From an uncultured Bordetella sp. (GTDB taxonomy: Bacteria > Pseudomonadota > Gammaproteobacteria > Burkholderiales > SG8-39): a stretch of 64,000 nucleotides of DNA. The notes beneath the pieces are model-generated. The model saw nothing but the letters and a program-made list of their open reading frames with translations, was not told the DNA's origin and did not search any database. Below are positions 9,396 through 21,446 of the stretch, piece after piece (position 1 is the first letter of the stretch; each line of letters begins with the position of its first letter). The stretch lies in assembly GCA_964385505.1 (NCBI GenBank), contig CAYLPI010000001.1, positions 19,902 to 83,901 on the forward strand. The letters are read 5' to 3'. Made by a program: the position numbers and the translations under genes.

Positions 9396-10475
9396 ATGAA
9401 GGCCGACGCCGGGCTCTCGTCATGGATCCGGCTCAGCCTGGTTGACGGGCTCGGACCCGCGACGTTTCGCAAACTGCTCGCTTCATTCGGCCTGCCGGCG
9501 CAAATTTTGGGCGCAAACCAGGCCGCGTTGAGCCGTGTGGTCGCGGCGGAAATGGCGCATCGCATCCTCAGTGAGGATCATGCCGTGCGGGTTGCCACCA
9601 CGCTCGACTGGGCGGCGCGCGAGGGCAACGCCATAGTCACCCTCGCCGATGACAGCTATCCGCGCATGTTGCTGGAAACCGCCGATCCGCCGGCCCTGCT
9701 TTATCTACGCGGTCGGGTCGAGCTGCTGAACGCGCAATCGCTCGCCATCGTCGGCAGCCGTAACGCAACGCCGCAGGGGCTTGCCAACGCCCAGAGCTTT
9801 GCCCATGCGTTCAGCGATGCCGGCCTGACCATCGTCAGTGGCCTTGCGCTGGGCATAGACGCCGCGGCGCACCGCGGTGGCCTCGCCGGGCGCGGCTCGA
9901 CCATCGCCGTCCTTGGCACCGGGCTCGACACCTTGTATCCGCCGTCAAACCGTGCGCTTGGCGAGGACATCGCCGCACGCGGCCTGCTGCTGTCGGAGTT
10001 TGCGCTTGGCACGCCGCCCGTCACATCGAACTTTCCGCGGCGCAACCGGCTGATTTCAGGACTGGCCCGTGGATGCCTGGTCGTTGAGGCCGCGGTGTCA
10101 AGCGGCTCACTGATCACCGCGCGACAGGCGGCCGAGCAGGGAAGGGAGGTGTTCGCCATCCCCGGTTCGATCCATTCGCCGGTCGCCCGCGGCTGCCACC
10201 GCCTCATCAAGCAGGGCGCAAAACTGGTTGAAAGCGCGGCCGATGTACTCGAGGAACTCGGCGCTGGCGCAGCACAGGCGCACGTCAACGACCCCAAAAT
10301 GTCGATACCCCAGGACGGATTGCTACTACATATGGGGTATGACCCCTGCAATATCGACGCCCTGGTCGAGCGCTCCCGCTTGACGGCGGAAGTAGTATCG
10401 GCGATGCTGCTAACACTGGAACTCGAAGGAAAAATAGCCAGCCTCCCCGGAGGCCGTTATCAACGACTATCCTAA
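9396..10475 (+). CDS. dprA: DNA-processing protein DprA (Smf)
   Basis: 359 aa, IVGSRNATPQG...SGLALGIDAAAHRG...FPRRNRLISGL. Confidence 0.9.
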   Translation: MKADAGLSSWIRLSLVDGLGPATFRKLLASFGLPAQILGANQAALSRVVAAEMAHRILSEDHAVRVATTLDWAAREGNAIVTLADDSYPRMLLETADPPALLYLRGRVELLNAQSLAIVGSRNATPQGLANAQSFAHAFSDAGLTIVSGLALGIDAAAHRGGLAGRGSTIAVLGTGLDTLYPPSNRALGEDIAARGLLLSEFALGTPPVTSNFPRRNRLISGLARGCLVVEAAVSSGSLITARQAAEQGREVFAIPGSIHSPVARGCHRLIKQGAKLVESAADVLEELGAGAAQAHVNDPKMSIPQDGLLLHMGYDPCNIDALVERSRLTAEVVSAMLLTLELEGKIASLPGGRYQRLS

Positions 10476-10498
10476 AGGCTTGGGGTCCCACGCGCGAT

Positions 10499-10957
10499 AT
10501 GTACGAAGTCCTCGTTTATCTGTTCGAAAATTACTATCAGGCCGATCTCACCCCGGATCACGGCTCCTTGCAGCGCAAGCTCGCTGCTGCGGGCTTCGAG
10601 AACGAGGATGTGCATGATGCGCTTGACTGGCTGAAAAGCCTTACCGACGTGCCGCAGACGGCGCTGCCCGAGGCTGTCGACCTTTCCGACGCATTCCGCG
10701 GATACTCACCGCGCGAGTTCGGAAAGCTCTCGTCCGAGAGCCGCGGTTTCATCGCCTTTCTTGAAAGTGCCGGTGTTTTGACGCCAATACTGCGCGAGAT
10801 CATCATCGAGCGCGCCATGGCCGTGTCCGACGATTCTGTCGGCCTCGACAAAATTCGCGTCATCGTGCTGATGGTGCTATGGACGCAGCATGGCAACGTC
10901 GATACGCTGATTCTTGACGAGCTTTTGCCCGACGGCTCGCAGCGCCAGGTGCACTGA
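10499..10957 (+). CDS. smg: Smg (DUF494) protein
   Basis: 152 aa, MYEVLVYLFENY. Conserved dprA-smg-topoisomerase order. Confidence 0.85.
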   Translation: MYEVLVYLFENYYQADLTPDHGSLQRKLAAAGFENEDVHDALDWLKSLTDVPQTALPEAVDLSDAFRGYSPREFGKLSSESRGFIAFLESAGVLTPILREIIIERAMAVSDDSVGLDKIRVIVLMVLWTQHGNVDTLILDELLPDGSQRQVH

Positions 10958-11005
10958 AACCCGTCTGAGACGGCCGCGCCGCCATCGGCGGCAAAAGCAA
11001 TTCAC

Positions 11006-11035
11006 TTGCATTTTTGTGCGCGCCGCTCTTATTAT
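11006..11035 (+). promoter_or_regulatory. candidate sigma70 promoter for the topoisomerase gene
   Basis: TTGCAT (11006-11011), 18-nt spacer, TATTAT (11030-11035), about 85 nt upstream of the ATG at 11121. Confidence 0.35.
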
Positions 11036-11120
11036 GCTGCGCTTTTACCGTGCTGCCTTTTCCCAGGTAGGCGTATCCTCCCCCGCATGACATCAAAAGC
11101 CCATTGCGCCCAGAGCACCC

Positions 11121-13664
11121 ATGAGTAAAAAACTCATCATCGCCGAGAAACCCTCGGTTGCCGGAGACATCTCCAAGGCACTTGGCGGCTTCACCCGCCA
11201 CGGCGACTACTATGAGAGCGACGAGTATGTGCTCTCGTCTGCGGTCGGCCACCTGCTTGAGCTCGTCGCCCCGGAAACGCACGAGGTCAAGCGGGGCAAG
11301 TGGTCGTTTGCGAACCTTCCCGTCATTCCGCCGCATTTCGACCTGCGGCCGATCGAGCGCTCCGAAGACAGACTCAAGGTGCTGGTGAAACTTCTCAGGC
11401 GCAAAGACGTCACCGGCATCATCAACGCCTGCGACGCCGGCCGCGAGGGCGAGCTCATTTTTCGCTACATCATCCAGCATGCCGGCGCGAAAAAGCCGAT
11501 TGAACGCCTGTGGCTGCAGTCGATGACGCAGGCATCCATTTGTGCCGGCTTCGAGGCGTTGCGCAAGGACAAGGACATGCTGCCGCTCGCCGATGCCGCG
11601 GTCTGCCGTTCAGAATCGGACTGGCTGATCGGCATCAACGGCACGCGCGCGATGACCGCCTTCAACTCCAAGGAAGGCGGCTTTTACAAGACCACCGTCG
11701 GCCGGGTGCAGACGCCGACGCTCGCGGTGCTGGTAGAACGAGAACAACGCATTCGCAGTTTTGTGCCCAAGGATTACTGGGAGTTGCACGGTACTTTTGT
11801 CGGTAAGGGCGGCGAGTACAAGGGCCGCTGGTTTGACGAGGCCTTTTCGAAAGAAGCCAAGAGCGAGAACGCCGAACTGCGTCCCGAGCGAATCTGGGAC
11901 GCCAAAACGGCGGAGGCCCTGCGCGCCAAATGCGACGGGCAGCCGGGCATTGTCGAAGAGGAAAGCAAGCCCACCACGCAGGCCGCACCGGCGCTGTTCG
12001 ACCTGACCAGCCTGCAACGCGAGGCCAATGGCCGCTTTGGTTTTTCGGCCAAGACGACGCTTTCAATAGCCCAGGCCTTGTACGAAAAACACAAGGTGCT
12101 CACCTACCCGCGGACTGACTCCAAAGCCCTGCCCGAGGATTACATCCCGACCGTAATGGGCACCATGAAAATGCTGTCGACCGGCCCGTATGCCACTTTC
12201 GCCAAGGAAGTGATCAAGTCGAAGTGGGTCAAGCCCAACAAGCGCATTTTCAACAACGCCAAGATTTCCGATCACCACGCCATCATCCCGACGCTGCAGG
12301 CGCCGAAGGCCTTGTCGGAAATCGAAACAAAGCTGTACGACCTGGTGGTGAAGCGCTTTCTCTCGGTGTTTTTCCCGTCGGCAGAGTTTCTTGTCACCAC
12401 CCGCATCACCCGCGTCAAAGGCGAGCCGTTCCGCAGCGAAGGCCGGGTGATGGTATCGGCTGGCTGGCTGGCCATTTACGGCAAGGAAGCGGAAACCGGC
12501 GAAGCGCCCACCCTCGCCGCAGTGCCCGACGGCAAGGCGTCAACCGAGACCGTCGATGTCCTGGCGACCCAGACCAAGCCGCCGGCGCGCTTCAGCGAAG
12601 CAACGCTGCTGTCCGCGATGGAGGGCGCCGGAAAGCTGATCGAGGACGAAGAACTGCGTGAAGCCATGAGCGAAAAGGGGCTGGGAACGCCGGCAACCCG
12701 CGCATCCATCATTGAAGGCCTGATATACGAGGACTACGTCCATCGCAACGGCCGCGAATTGGTGCCCTCACCCAAGGCGTTCTCATTATTGTTTGCGCTG
12801 GGCCACCTCGGCATCACCGAACTTGCCTCGCCGGAGTTGACCGGAAACTGGGAGTTCAAGCTGCGACAGATCGAACAGGGTAAGCTCGACCGGGCCGAGT
12901 TCATGGACCACATTGTTGAAACCGCGCGCGACATGGTGGAGCGCATCAAGGGTGGAAACATTCCCGAGGACGCTTTTCTCACGCTGGATGCGCCCTGCCC
13001 GAAGTGTGGCGGCAAGGTGGTGGAAAATTACCGCAAGTTCCAGTGCCAGAAGTGCGATTTCACCATCTGGAAAGTCATGTCCAGCCGCGAGTTTGCCCCG
13101 GAAGAAATCGAGACCCTGATCACAGAAAAAGCGTTGGGCCCGCTACAGGGGTTCCGCAGCCGGCTGGGACGCCCGTTTGCCGCAGCCATGAAGCTGTCGC
13201 CCGAGTTCAAGGCAGCGTTTGATTTTGGTTCGGACGGCGCAGACGGCGGCGAGGAAGTAGACTTCACCGGCATGGAGCCGCTGGGGGCCTGTCCAAAATG
13301 CAGCAACCGCGTTTTCGAGCTGCCAATGGCCTATGCGTGCGAGAAGAGCGTGGGGCCTACGAAGAGTTGCGATTTCCGGTCCGGCAAGATTATTTTGCAG
13401 CAAACGGTCAGCCGCGAGCAGATGCACAAGTTGCTTGAAACCGGCAGCACGGATTTGCTGGCGGATTTTGTTTCCAACAAAAACCGGCGCAAATTTTCCG
13501 CCTTCCTGGTGCGCGATCCCAGCGGCAAGGTGGTGTTCAAGTTTCAGGAGAAAAAGCCAAAAGCGGAAGCTGCTGCACCCAAGGTGGTCGCGGAGAAAGC
13601 GCCCCAGACCAAGAAAGCTGTACCCACAGCAAAGAAAAAGCCCGCCAAACGCAAGTCTGCTTAG
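11121..13664 (+). CDS. topB: type IA DNA topoisomerase, topoisomerase III-like, with C-terminal zinc ribbons and a lysine-rich tail
   Basis: 847 aa. TOPRIM start KLIIAEKPSVA, GHLLEL, CDAGREGELIFR. Cys4 ribbons CPKCGGKV...CQKC and CPKCSNRV...C. Tail KKPKAEAAAPKVVAEKAPQTKKAVPTAKKKPAKRKSA. Confidence 0.85.
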   Translation: MSKKLIIAEKPSVAGDISKALGGFTRHGDYYESDEYVLSSAVGHLLELVAPETHEVKRGKWSFANLPVIPPHFDLRPIERSEDRLKVLVKLLRRKDVTGIINACDAGREGELIFRYIIQHAGAKKPIERLWLQSMTQASICAGFEALRKDKDMLPLADAAVCRSESDWLIGINGTRAMTAFNSKEGGFYKTTVGRVQTPTLAVLVEREQRIRSFVPKDYWELHGTFVGKGGEYKGRWFDEAFSKEAKSENAELRPERIWDAKTAEALRAKCDGQPGIVEEESKPTTQAAPALFDLTSLQREANGRFGFSAKTTLSIAQALYEKHKVLTYPRTDSKALPEDYIPTVMGTMKMLSTGPYATFAKEVIKSKWVKPNKRIFNNAKISDHHAIIPTLQAPKALSEIETKLYDLVVKRFLSVFFPSAEFLVTTRITRVKGEPFRSEGRVMVSAGWLAIYGKEAETGEAPTLAAVPDGKASTETVDVLATQTKPPARFSEATLLSAMEGAGKLIEDEELREAMSEKGLGTPATRASIIEGLIYEDYVHRNGRELVPSPKAFSLLFALGHLGITELASPELTGNWEFKLRQIEQGKLDRAEFMDHIVETARDMVERIKGGNIPEDAFLTLDAPCPKCGGKVVENYRKFQCQKCDFTIWKVMSSREFAPEEIETLITEKALGPLQGFRSRLGRPFAAAMKLSPEFKAAFDFGSDGADGGEEVDFTGMEPLGACPKCSNRVFELPMAYACEKSVGPTKSCDFRSGKIILQQTVSREQMHKLLETGSTDLLADFVSNKNRRKFSAFLVRDPSGKVVFKFQEKKPKAEAAAPKVVAEKAPQTKKAVPTAKKKPAKRKSA

Positions 13665-13689
13665 GCGCGCTTCCACGCCATAGCCTGAA

Positions 13690-13740
13690 ACACAATCGCC
13701 CGGAAAGCCAATGCTGGCGTGGCTTTCCGGGCGATTGTGT
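13690..13740. repeat. REP-like perfect palindrome, possibly a bidirectional terminator between convergent topB and gyrB
   Basis: 21-bp arms ACACAATCGCCCGGAAAGCCA / TGGCTTTCCGGGCGATTGTGT with 9-nt loop atgctggcg. Only weak T-tracts on either side. Confidence 0.6.
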
Positions 13741-13785
13741 TGTTAATGCCGGGTTCCGGGAGGGTTGGGGAGATGGTCTGAAAAT

Positions 13786-16227
<2,442 letters not shown>

Positions 16228-17328
16228 TCAGATGCGCATCGGCATGACGACGTACTTGAAATCGTCCTTGCCAGGTTCCGTGATGAGCGCGCTTGAATTA
16301 GCATCACCCAGCGCACATTCGATGTCGCTGACTTGGAGATTGTTCAGTACATCGAGCAGATACTGGACGTTGAAACCGATGTCCAGTGACTCTCCCTTGT
16401 AATCGACATCGAGTTCTTCCTGGGCTTCCTCCTGTTCGTTGTTGCTGCAGCTTATTTTCAGACTGCCGTCGGTAAGCATCCAGCGAACGCCCTTGAATTT
16501 ATCGCTGGTGAGAATGGCCGCGCGTTGCAGTGCATCCTGCAACACGGCCCTGCTCAGCTTGATCAGCTTTTGGTGGTTTTTCGGTATGACCCGCGAGTAA
16601 TCGGGAAACTTTCCATCCACCAGCTTTGACTGGATGACGACGCCGTTAAACGAAAAACGCGCCTGCCCGGCACCTATTTCGACCTCCACCTGGGCGTCGC
16701 TATCTTCGAGCAGACGCGCCAGTTCCAGCACGGTTTTCCGTGGAAGTATCACCTCCTGTTTGGTCTTGGCTGCACCGGGCTGTGCACTGGACGCGTACGC
16801 AAGGCGATGTCCGTCGGTGGCCACGACTTTCAGGCCTTCCTCGTCAATCACCAGCAGCAGGCCGTTGAGGTAATAACGAATGTCCTGTTGCGCCATCGAA
16901 TACAACACCAAACCAACCAGCCGTTTCAGAATATTTTGTGATATTGAAAATGTGGTTGTCGCGTCACCCGCACTCATGCGCGGAAAATCTTCCGGTGGCA
17001 GCGTCTGCAGGTTAAAACGGCTTTTACCCGCCTTGACCAGCATCTTCTTGTCGGCCAGGGACAGCACGACCTCCGCTTGGGCGGGAAGAGCCCGGAGAAT
17101 GTCGAGCAGTTTGCGCGCACCGACGGTGACGGCCTTATCGTCCCCGTCGCACGGCATGCCGGCGGATATCTCAATTTCGATATCCGTCGCGACAAACGCG
17201 AGGGTGCCGTCCTTGCGCGACAACAATACGTTGGAAAGCACTGGCAGTGTGTGCCTGCGTTCGATAATTCCGGACACGGCTTGCAACGGTTTGAGCAGGG
17301 ATTCCCTGCTGGTCTTTATTAGATTCAT
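16228..17328 (-). CDS. dnaN: DNA polymerase III beta sliding clamp
   Basis: 366 aa, ends YVVMPMRI. dnaA-dnaN-gyrB order. Confidence 0.97.
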   Translation of the reverse strand: MNLIKTSRESLLKPLQAVSGIIERRHTLPVLSNVLLSRKDGTLAFVATDIEIEISAGMPCDGDDKAVTVGARKLLDILRALPAQAEVVLSLADKKMLVKAGKSRFNLQTLPPEDFPRMSAGDATTTFSISQNILKRLVGLVLYSMAQQDIRYYLNGLLLVIDEEGLKVVATDGHRLAYASSAQPGAAKTKQEVILPRKTVLELARLLEDSDAQVEVEIGAGQARFSFNGVVIQSKLVDGKFPDYSRVIPKNHQKLIKLSRAVLQDALQRAAILTSDKFKGVRWMLTDGSLKISCSNNEQEEAQEELDVDYKGESLDIGFNVQYLLDVLNNLQVSDIECALGDANSSALITEPGKDDFKYVVMPMRI

Positions 17329-17494
17329 ATCTTTGTATACCCCTGGTAATGATAATGAAGGGCACCCTTTTTCGGGAAAACCGGTAAACCCCCAACAGAT
17401 TTAGCAACTTGCGCTAAAGGAGCCTTGTGCATTGGACGTGGCACGAGACTGTATAAACGGGGAGAACAAATGCCCGTTTTCGTGCATGACGCTG

Positions 17495-17503
17495 ATATCC
17501 ACA
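17495..17503. promoter_or_regulatory. DnaA-box-like 9-mer (8/9 match)
   Basis: ATATCCACA versus consensus TTATCCACA, in the dnaA-dnaN spacer. Confidence 0.4.
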
Positions 17504-17519
17504 AATGATGCACAGGCGT

Positions 17520-18902
17520 TCAGCCTTTTAATACCTGCTCTAACACATGAAAATCCCGGTTCATCACGGTGTCCTTCTCCCGCAATGACGCGATGGTCCT
17601 GCAGGCATGCAGAACGGTGGTGTGATCACGATTGCCGAAGGCCTCGCCGATCTCTGGAAAACTCATTGAAGTAAGTTCCTTCGCCAGTGCCATGGCCACC
17701 TGGCGCGGCCTTGCTATGTTGCGGCTGCGCTTTTTCGAATGCATGTCCGAAATTTTCAGTTTGTAATAATCAGCGACGGTTTTCTGGATGTTATCAATGG
17801 AAATCTGCCGATGTTGCAGCGTCAGCAAATCCTTGAGAGCTTCCTTGGCCAGGTCCAGGTTGATGTCTTTGCCGGTAAACCGCGCAAACGCTATAACGCT
17901 TTTCAGTGCACCCTCGAGTTCCCGCACGTTCGACCGGATGTGCTTGGCGACAAAAAAAGCCACCTCTTCGGGAATGAACAAGCCGACGGCTTCGGCCTTT
18001 TTCAAAACAATGGCGACACGCATTTCCTGTTCTGGTGGCTCGATGGCGACCGTAAGGCCCCAGGAAAAGCGTGACTTGAGACGTTCACCCAAGCCGGCGA
18101 TATCCCTTGGGTAAGTGTCGCAGGTGATGATGACCTGTTTGCGCGATTCTATGAGTGCGTTGAAGGCGTAGAAAAACTCTTCCTGGGTTCTGTCCTTGCC
18201 GGTGAAAAACTGGATGTCGTCAATTAGCAGGGCATCCAGCGAATGGTAGTAACGCTTGAATTCGTCGAACGATTTTTGTTGGTAGGCCTTGACCACATCA
18301 GAGATGTACTGCGCAGCGTGGAGATAGCGTACGCGGGATCCGGGAAAGCGGGCCGCGACATGGTTGCCGACAGCGTGCATAAGGTGCGTTTTACCCAACC
18401 CCACGCCGCCGTAGATGAACAAAGGGTTGTACGAGGTGCCGGGGTTGTCCGCGACCTGCATGGCGGCCGCACGTGCGAGCTGGTTGGCCTTGCCCGGCAC
18501 GAAGTTGTCGAAAGTGAAATCCGTGATCAGGCTGGAGCGGTCCGCCGCCGGTTTGGATACCGGCGCGCGGGAGGCCGCGTGCGCGGGATTGCTCGCGGTT
18601 TTTTCCGGCGACCTCGGCCGGGGGCTTGCGGCCGCCGGCGCGGAAGCGTCCTCGGCAAGCGGCAGTGTCATCGCCAGGCGCATCGGCGCACCAAAAAACT
18701 CACTTGCAAGATGCTCTATCCGGCCAGCAACACGCTCATTAATCCACTGCAATACATAGCGGTTTGGCGCGAGCAGCGTCAGCTCGCCTGCGACAGGGTT
18801 GGCGGCACCCATGCGCAACGGTCGAATCCATGTGTTAAACTGCTGATTAGGAAGCTCTTTTTCGAGCTGAATAATGCAGGAGGGCCAGAAACCATCAGTC
18901 AT
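17520..18902 (-). CDS. dnaA: chromosomal replication initiator DnaA
   Basis: 460 aa. Walker [19 protein letters not shown], domain [18 protein letters not shown]. Confidence 0.97.
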   Translation of the reverse strand: MTDGFWPSCIIQLEKELPNQQFNTWIRPLRMGAANPVAGELTLLAPNRYVLQWINERVAGRIEHLASEFFGAPMRLAMTLPLAEDASAPAAASPRPRSPEKTASNPAHAASRAPVSKPAADRSSLITDFTFDNFVPGKANQLARAAAMQVADNPGTSYNPLFIYGGVGLGKTHLMHAVGNHVAARFPGSRVRYLHAAQYISDVVKAYQQKSFDEFKRYYHSLDALLIDDIQFFTGKDRTQEEFFYAFNALIESRKQVIITCDTYPRDIAGLGERLKSRFSWGLTVAIEPPEQEMRVAIVLKKAEAVGLFIPEEVAFFVAKHIRSNVRELEGALKSVIAFARFTGKDINLDLAKEALKDLLTLQHRQISIDNIQKTVADYYKLKISDMHSKKRSRNIARPRQVAMALAKELTSMSFPEIGEAFGNRDHTTVLHACRTIASLREKDTVMNRDFHVLEQVLKG

Positions 18903-18972
18903 TTTTTGGGGTGGCGCAGTAGCGCAGATGCGGCACGAAACAAGGGTCGAATTTTACCTTTTTCAGCTTGAG

Positions 18973-18981
18973 TTATCCACA
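18973..18981. promoter_or_regulatory. consensus DnaA box
   Basis: Exact TTATCCACA in the 161-bp dnaA-rpmH spacer. Confidence 0.7.
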
Positions 18982-19001
18982 GGCAGGCTTAAAAATTAAC
19001 C

Positions 19002-19031
19002 TTGACGTGACACGGACTTAGCACGTCTAAT
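19002..19031 (+). promoter_or_regulatory. candidate rpmH promoter
   Basis: TTGACG (19002-19007), 18 nt, TCTAAT (19026-19031), about 30 nt upstream of the rpmH ATG. Confidence 0.4.
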
Positions 19032-19063
19032 AACGGGTTTGATTCCAGCAAGAAAGCAGAATT

Positions 19064-19198
19064 ATGAAACGTACCTACCAACCTTCAGTCGTACGCCGAA
19101 AACGTACCCACGGTTTTCTCGTCCGCATGAAAACCAAGAGTGGTCGCGCGATCATTCGCGCCCGTCGCGCAAAAGGCAGAGCCAGCCTGGCTGTTTGA
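19064..19198 (+). CDS. rpmH: 50S ribosomal protein L34
   Basis: Below the ORF-track size cut-off. Own translation: [44 protein letters not shown], stop TGA 19196-19198. Confidence 0.95.
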   Translation: MKRTYQPSVVRRKRTHGFLVRMKTKSGRAIIRARRAKGRASLAV

Positions 19199-19536
19199 AC
19201 GGGCGGCTGTTCTATCCCGGAAGCAGACGGCTGGATGAAGCGCATGTCGCAGCGGCTTTTCGCAGCAAGCCGGTTGCTCGGTCACGGTTTTTCCTCGTGT
19301 ACCGGCGTGGCAATGGACAGAGTTACGCGCGTTTGGGTATGGCTGTTTCCAAAAGATTGCTGGCGCGGGCGGTGGATCGCAATCGCGTAAAGCGGCTGGT
19401 CAGGGAGCGGTTCCGGCTGGTTCAGTCGGACATCGCGGGGCATGATTGGATGGTCAGGCTGGTCAAGGCTCCGGTGATGCGTACGGAGGTTTCTGACGAC
19501 ATCAAAACACTGTTTCGCAAAGCCGATGCTGACTAA
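19195..19536 (+). CDS. rnpA: ribonuclease P protein component
   Basis: C-terminal two thirds of track ORF 19039..19536 ([40 protein letters not shown]). Start placed at in-frame TTG 19195, overlapping the rpmH stop. The start is uncertain. Confidence 0.75.
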   Translation: MNGRLFYPGSRRLDEAHVAAAFRSKPVARSRFFLVYRRGNGQSYARLGMAVSKRLLARAVDRNRVKRLVRERFRLVQSDIAGHDWMVRLVKAPVMRTEVSDDIKTLFRKADAD

Positions 19537-19738
19537 GTTACTGGCGCTCCTTATACGCGCCTACCAATACGCAGTCAGCCCCATGCTCGGGAACAACTGC
19601 CGGTTCGCGCCATCTTGCTCGGAGTACGCCGAGCAAGCAATAACACGTCATGGCTTGGTCAAGGGCGTATGGTTAGCCCTGCGCCGTATTGCACGATGCC
19701 ATCCCTGGAACCCCGGCGGCTTCGACCCCGTCCCGTAA
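19526..19738 (+). CDS. yidD: membrane protein insertion efficiency factor YidD
   Basis: 70 aa, [27 protein letters not shown]...[14 protein letters not shown]. Confidence 0.9.
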   Translation: MLTKLLALLIRAYQYAVSPMLGNNCRFAPSCSEYAEQAITRHGLVKGVWLALRRIARCHPWNPGGFDPVP

Positions 19739-19754
19739 GAAGACCTCCCCCGCA

Positions 19755-21431
19755 ATGGATACCCAGCGTTTAGTACTGTTTTTCGTATTTTCCTTTTCGC
19801 TTTTGATGCTTTGGGAGTCCTGGCAAAAGGAAAACCGACCGCCACCGGCGCAGGCGGTCGCCCAGTCGGCTGCTACCGGGGTCCCGACCGTAACGCCCGG
19901 TGCCACCTCATCTGTTCCCGCCGCGACAGCCGTCCCTGTGACGCCGGTTGCGCGTCTGGACGCCGTGCCTGGTGCCGCGGCAACGCCCGCTGTGGCGACG
20001 CGCGAGAAAATCCGTGTGCGCACCGATGTCCTGGTCGCTGAAATCGATACTCAGGGCGGCGATCTCGTCTATCTGGAGTTTCTTGACCAGAAGGACATCA
20101 TCGATCCGAAAAAGAACCTGGTCTTGTTGTCTGCCGAGCACAAGTACGCGGTGCAAAGCGGACTTATCGGCGCCAGTCTGCCGAATCACCGATCCATGTT
20201 TAGCGCTACCGCAAAGGATGTTGCCCTCGCCGATGGCAAAGACACGGTTGAACTAAAGCTGGAGGCGGCTTCCACCGAAGGCGTCAAGGTCACCAAGACG
20301 TATGTGTTCAACCGCGGCAGCCATTTGATTGAAATGCGGCAGGATGTGTTGAACGGCAGCGCACAAGCGCTTGCAAGCCACGCCTATTTCCAGATCACCC
20401 GCGACAGCAATTCGCCGCCGGGAGACTCGGCGATGATGCAGACCTACACCGGCGCGGCGATTTATACCGACCTGGAGAAGTTCCAGAAAGTCGCGTTCAG
20501 TGATATTGAGAAAGGCAAAGCGGTTTTTCCCAAAACACCCGACAACGGCTGGGTGGCGATAATCCAGCACTATTTCACCACCGCCCTCGTACCAAGCCAG
20601 AAGCAGCGCGAGGTCTATATGCGCAAACTGGACGGCAATCTTTTCGCTGTCGGTGTCATCTTGCCACTACCGTCGATCGCGCCCGGCGCGTCAACCAGTG
20701 TATCGGTGCCGCTTTATTCAGGGCCTAACGATCAGGACAAGCTCAGGGCCATCGCGCCGGGACTGGAATTGGTGGTCGACTATGGCTGGCTGACCGTCAT
20801 CGCCGCCCCGCTGTTCTGGGTGTTGCAGCATTTTCACGGTTGGGTCGGTAACTGGGGGGTGGCGATCATTCTGCTCACCCTCGGGCTCAAGTTGCTGTTT
20901 TATCCGCTTTCTGCGGCGAGTTACCGCTCCATGGCCAAAATGAAGATGGTCGCGCCGCGACTGACCAAGCTGCGAGAACAGTACGGCGACGATCGCATGA
21001 AGCTGAATCAGGCGATGATGGAAATGTACAAGCAGGAGAAGATCAACCCCCTTGGCGGCTGTCTGCCGATTGTCGTCCAGATTCCGGTATTCATTTCACT
21101 TTACTGGGTGTTGCTAGCCAGCGTGGAGCTGCGTCAGGCGCCGTTCTATGGCTGGATTCACGACCTTTCGGCACAAGATCCGTATTATGTGCTGCCGGTA
21201 CTGATGATGATCTCGATGGTGTTCCAGACCAAGATGAACCCGACACCCCCCGATCCGGTTCAGGCCAAGGTGATGATGATCATGCCGTTTGTGTTCGGCG
21301 TGATGTTCTTCTTCTTCCCCGCCGGTCTGGTGTTGTACTGGCTGGTCAACAACGTCTTGTCGATTGCGCAGCAATGGCAGATCACCCGCATGGTCGAGGG
21401 TGCCAGGAAAACCGCAGTCGCCAAGCGCTGA
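19755..21431 (+). CDS. yidC: membrane protein insertase YidC
   Basis: ORF 19689..21431, trimmed to MDTQRLVLFFVFSFSLLMLWESW. Conserved C-terminal 60-kDa insertase region (GGCLPIVVQIPVFISLY). Confidence 0.95.
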   Translation: MDTQRLVLFFVFSFSLLMLWESWQKENRPPPAQAVAQSAATGVPTVTPGATSSVPAATAVPVTPVARLDAVPGAAATPAVATREKIRVRTDVLVAEIDTQGGDLVYLEFLDQKDIIDPKKNLVLLSAEHKYAVQSGLIGASLPNHRSMFSATAKDVALADGKDTVELKLEAASTEGVKVTKTYVFNRGSHLIEMRQDVLNGSAQALASHAYFQITRDSNSPPGDSAMMQTYTGAAIYTDLEKFQKVAFSDIEKGKAVFPKTPDNGWVAIIQHYFTTALVPSQKQREVYMRKLDGNLFAVGVILPLPSIAPGASTSVSVPLYSGPNDQDKLRAIAPGLELVVDYGWLTVIAAPLFWVLQHFHGWVGNWGVAIILLTLGLKLLFYPLSAASYRSMAKMKMVAPRLTKLREQYGDDRMKLNQAMMEMYKQEKINPLGGCLPIVVQIPVFISLYWVLLASVELRQAPFYGWIHDLSAQDPYYVLPVLMMISMVFQTKMNPTPPDPVQAKVMMIMPFVFGVMFFFFPAGLVLYWLVNNVLSIAQQWQITRMVEGARKTAVAKR

Positions 21432-21446
21432 CAGGAGTCCGGCGTA

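Noticed and set aside
19039-19194. N-terminal extension of the rnpA ORF overlapping rpmH
   Set aside because: It overlaps the clearly real L34 gene in another frame, and the extension has no RnpA similarity. The start was moved to TTG 19195.
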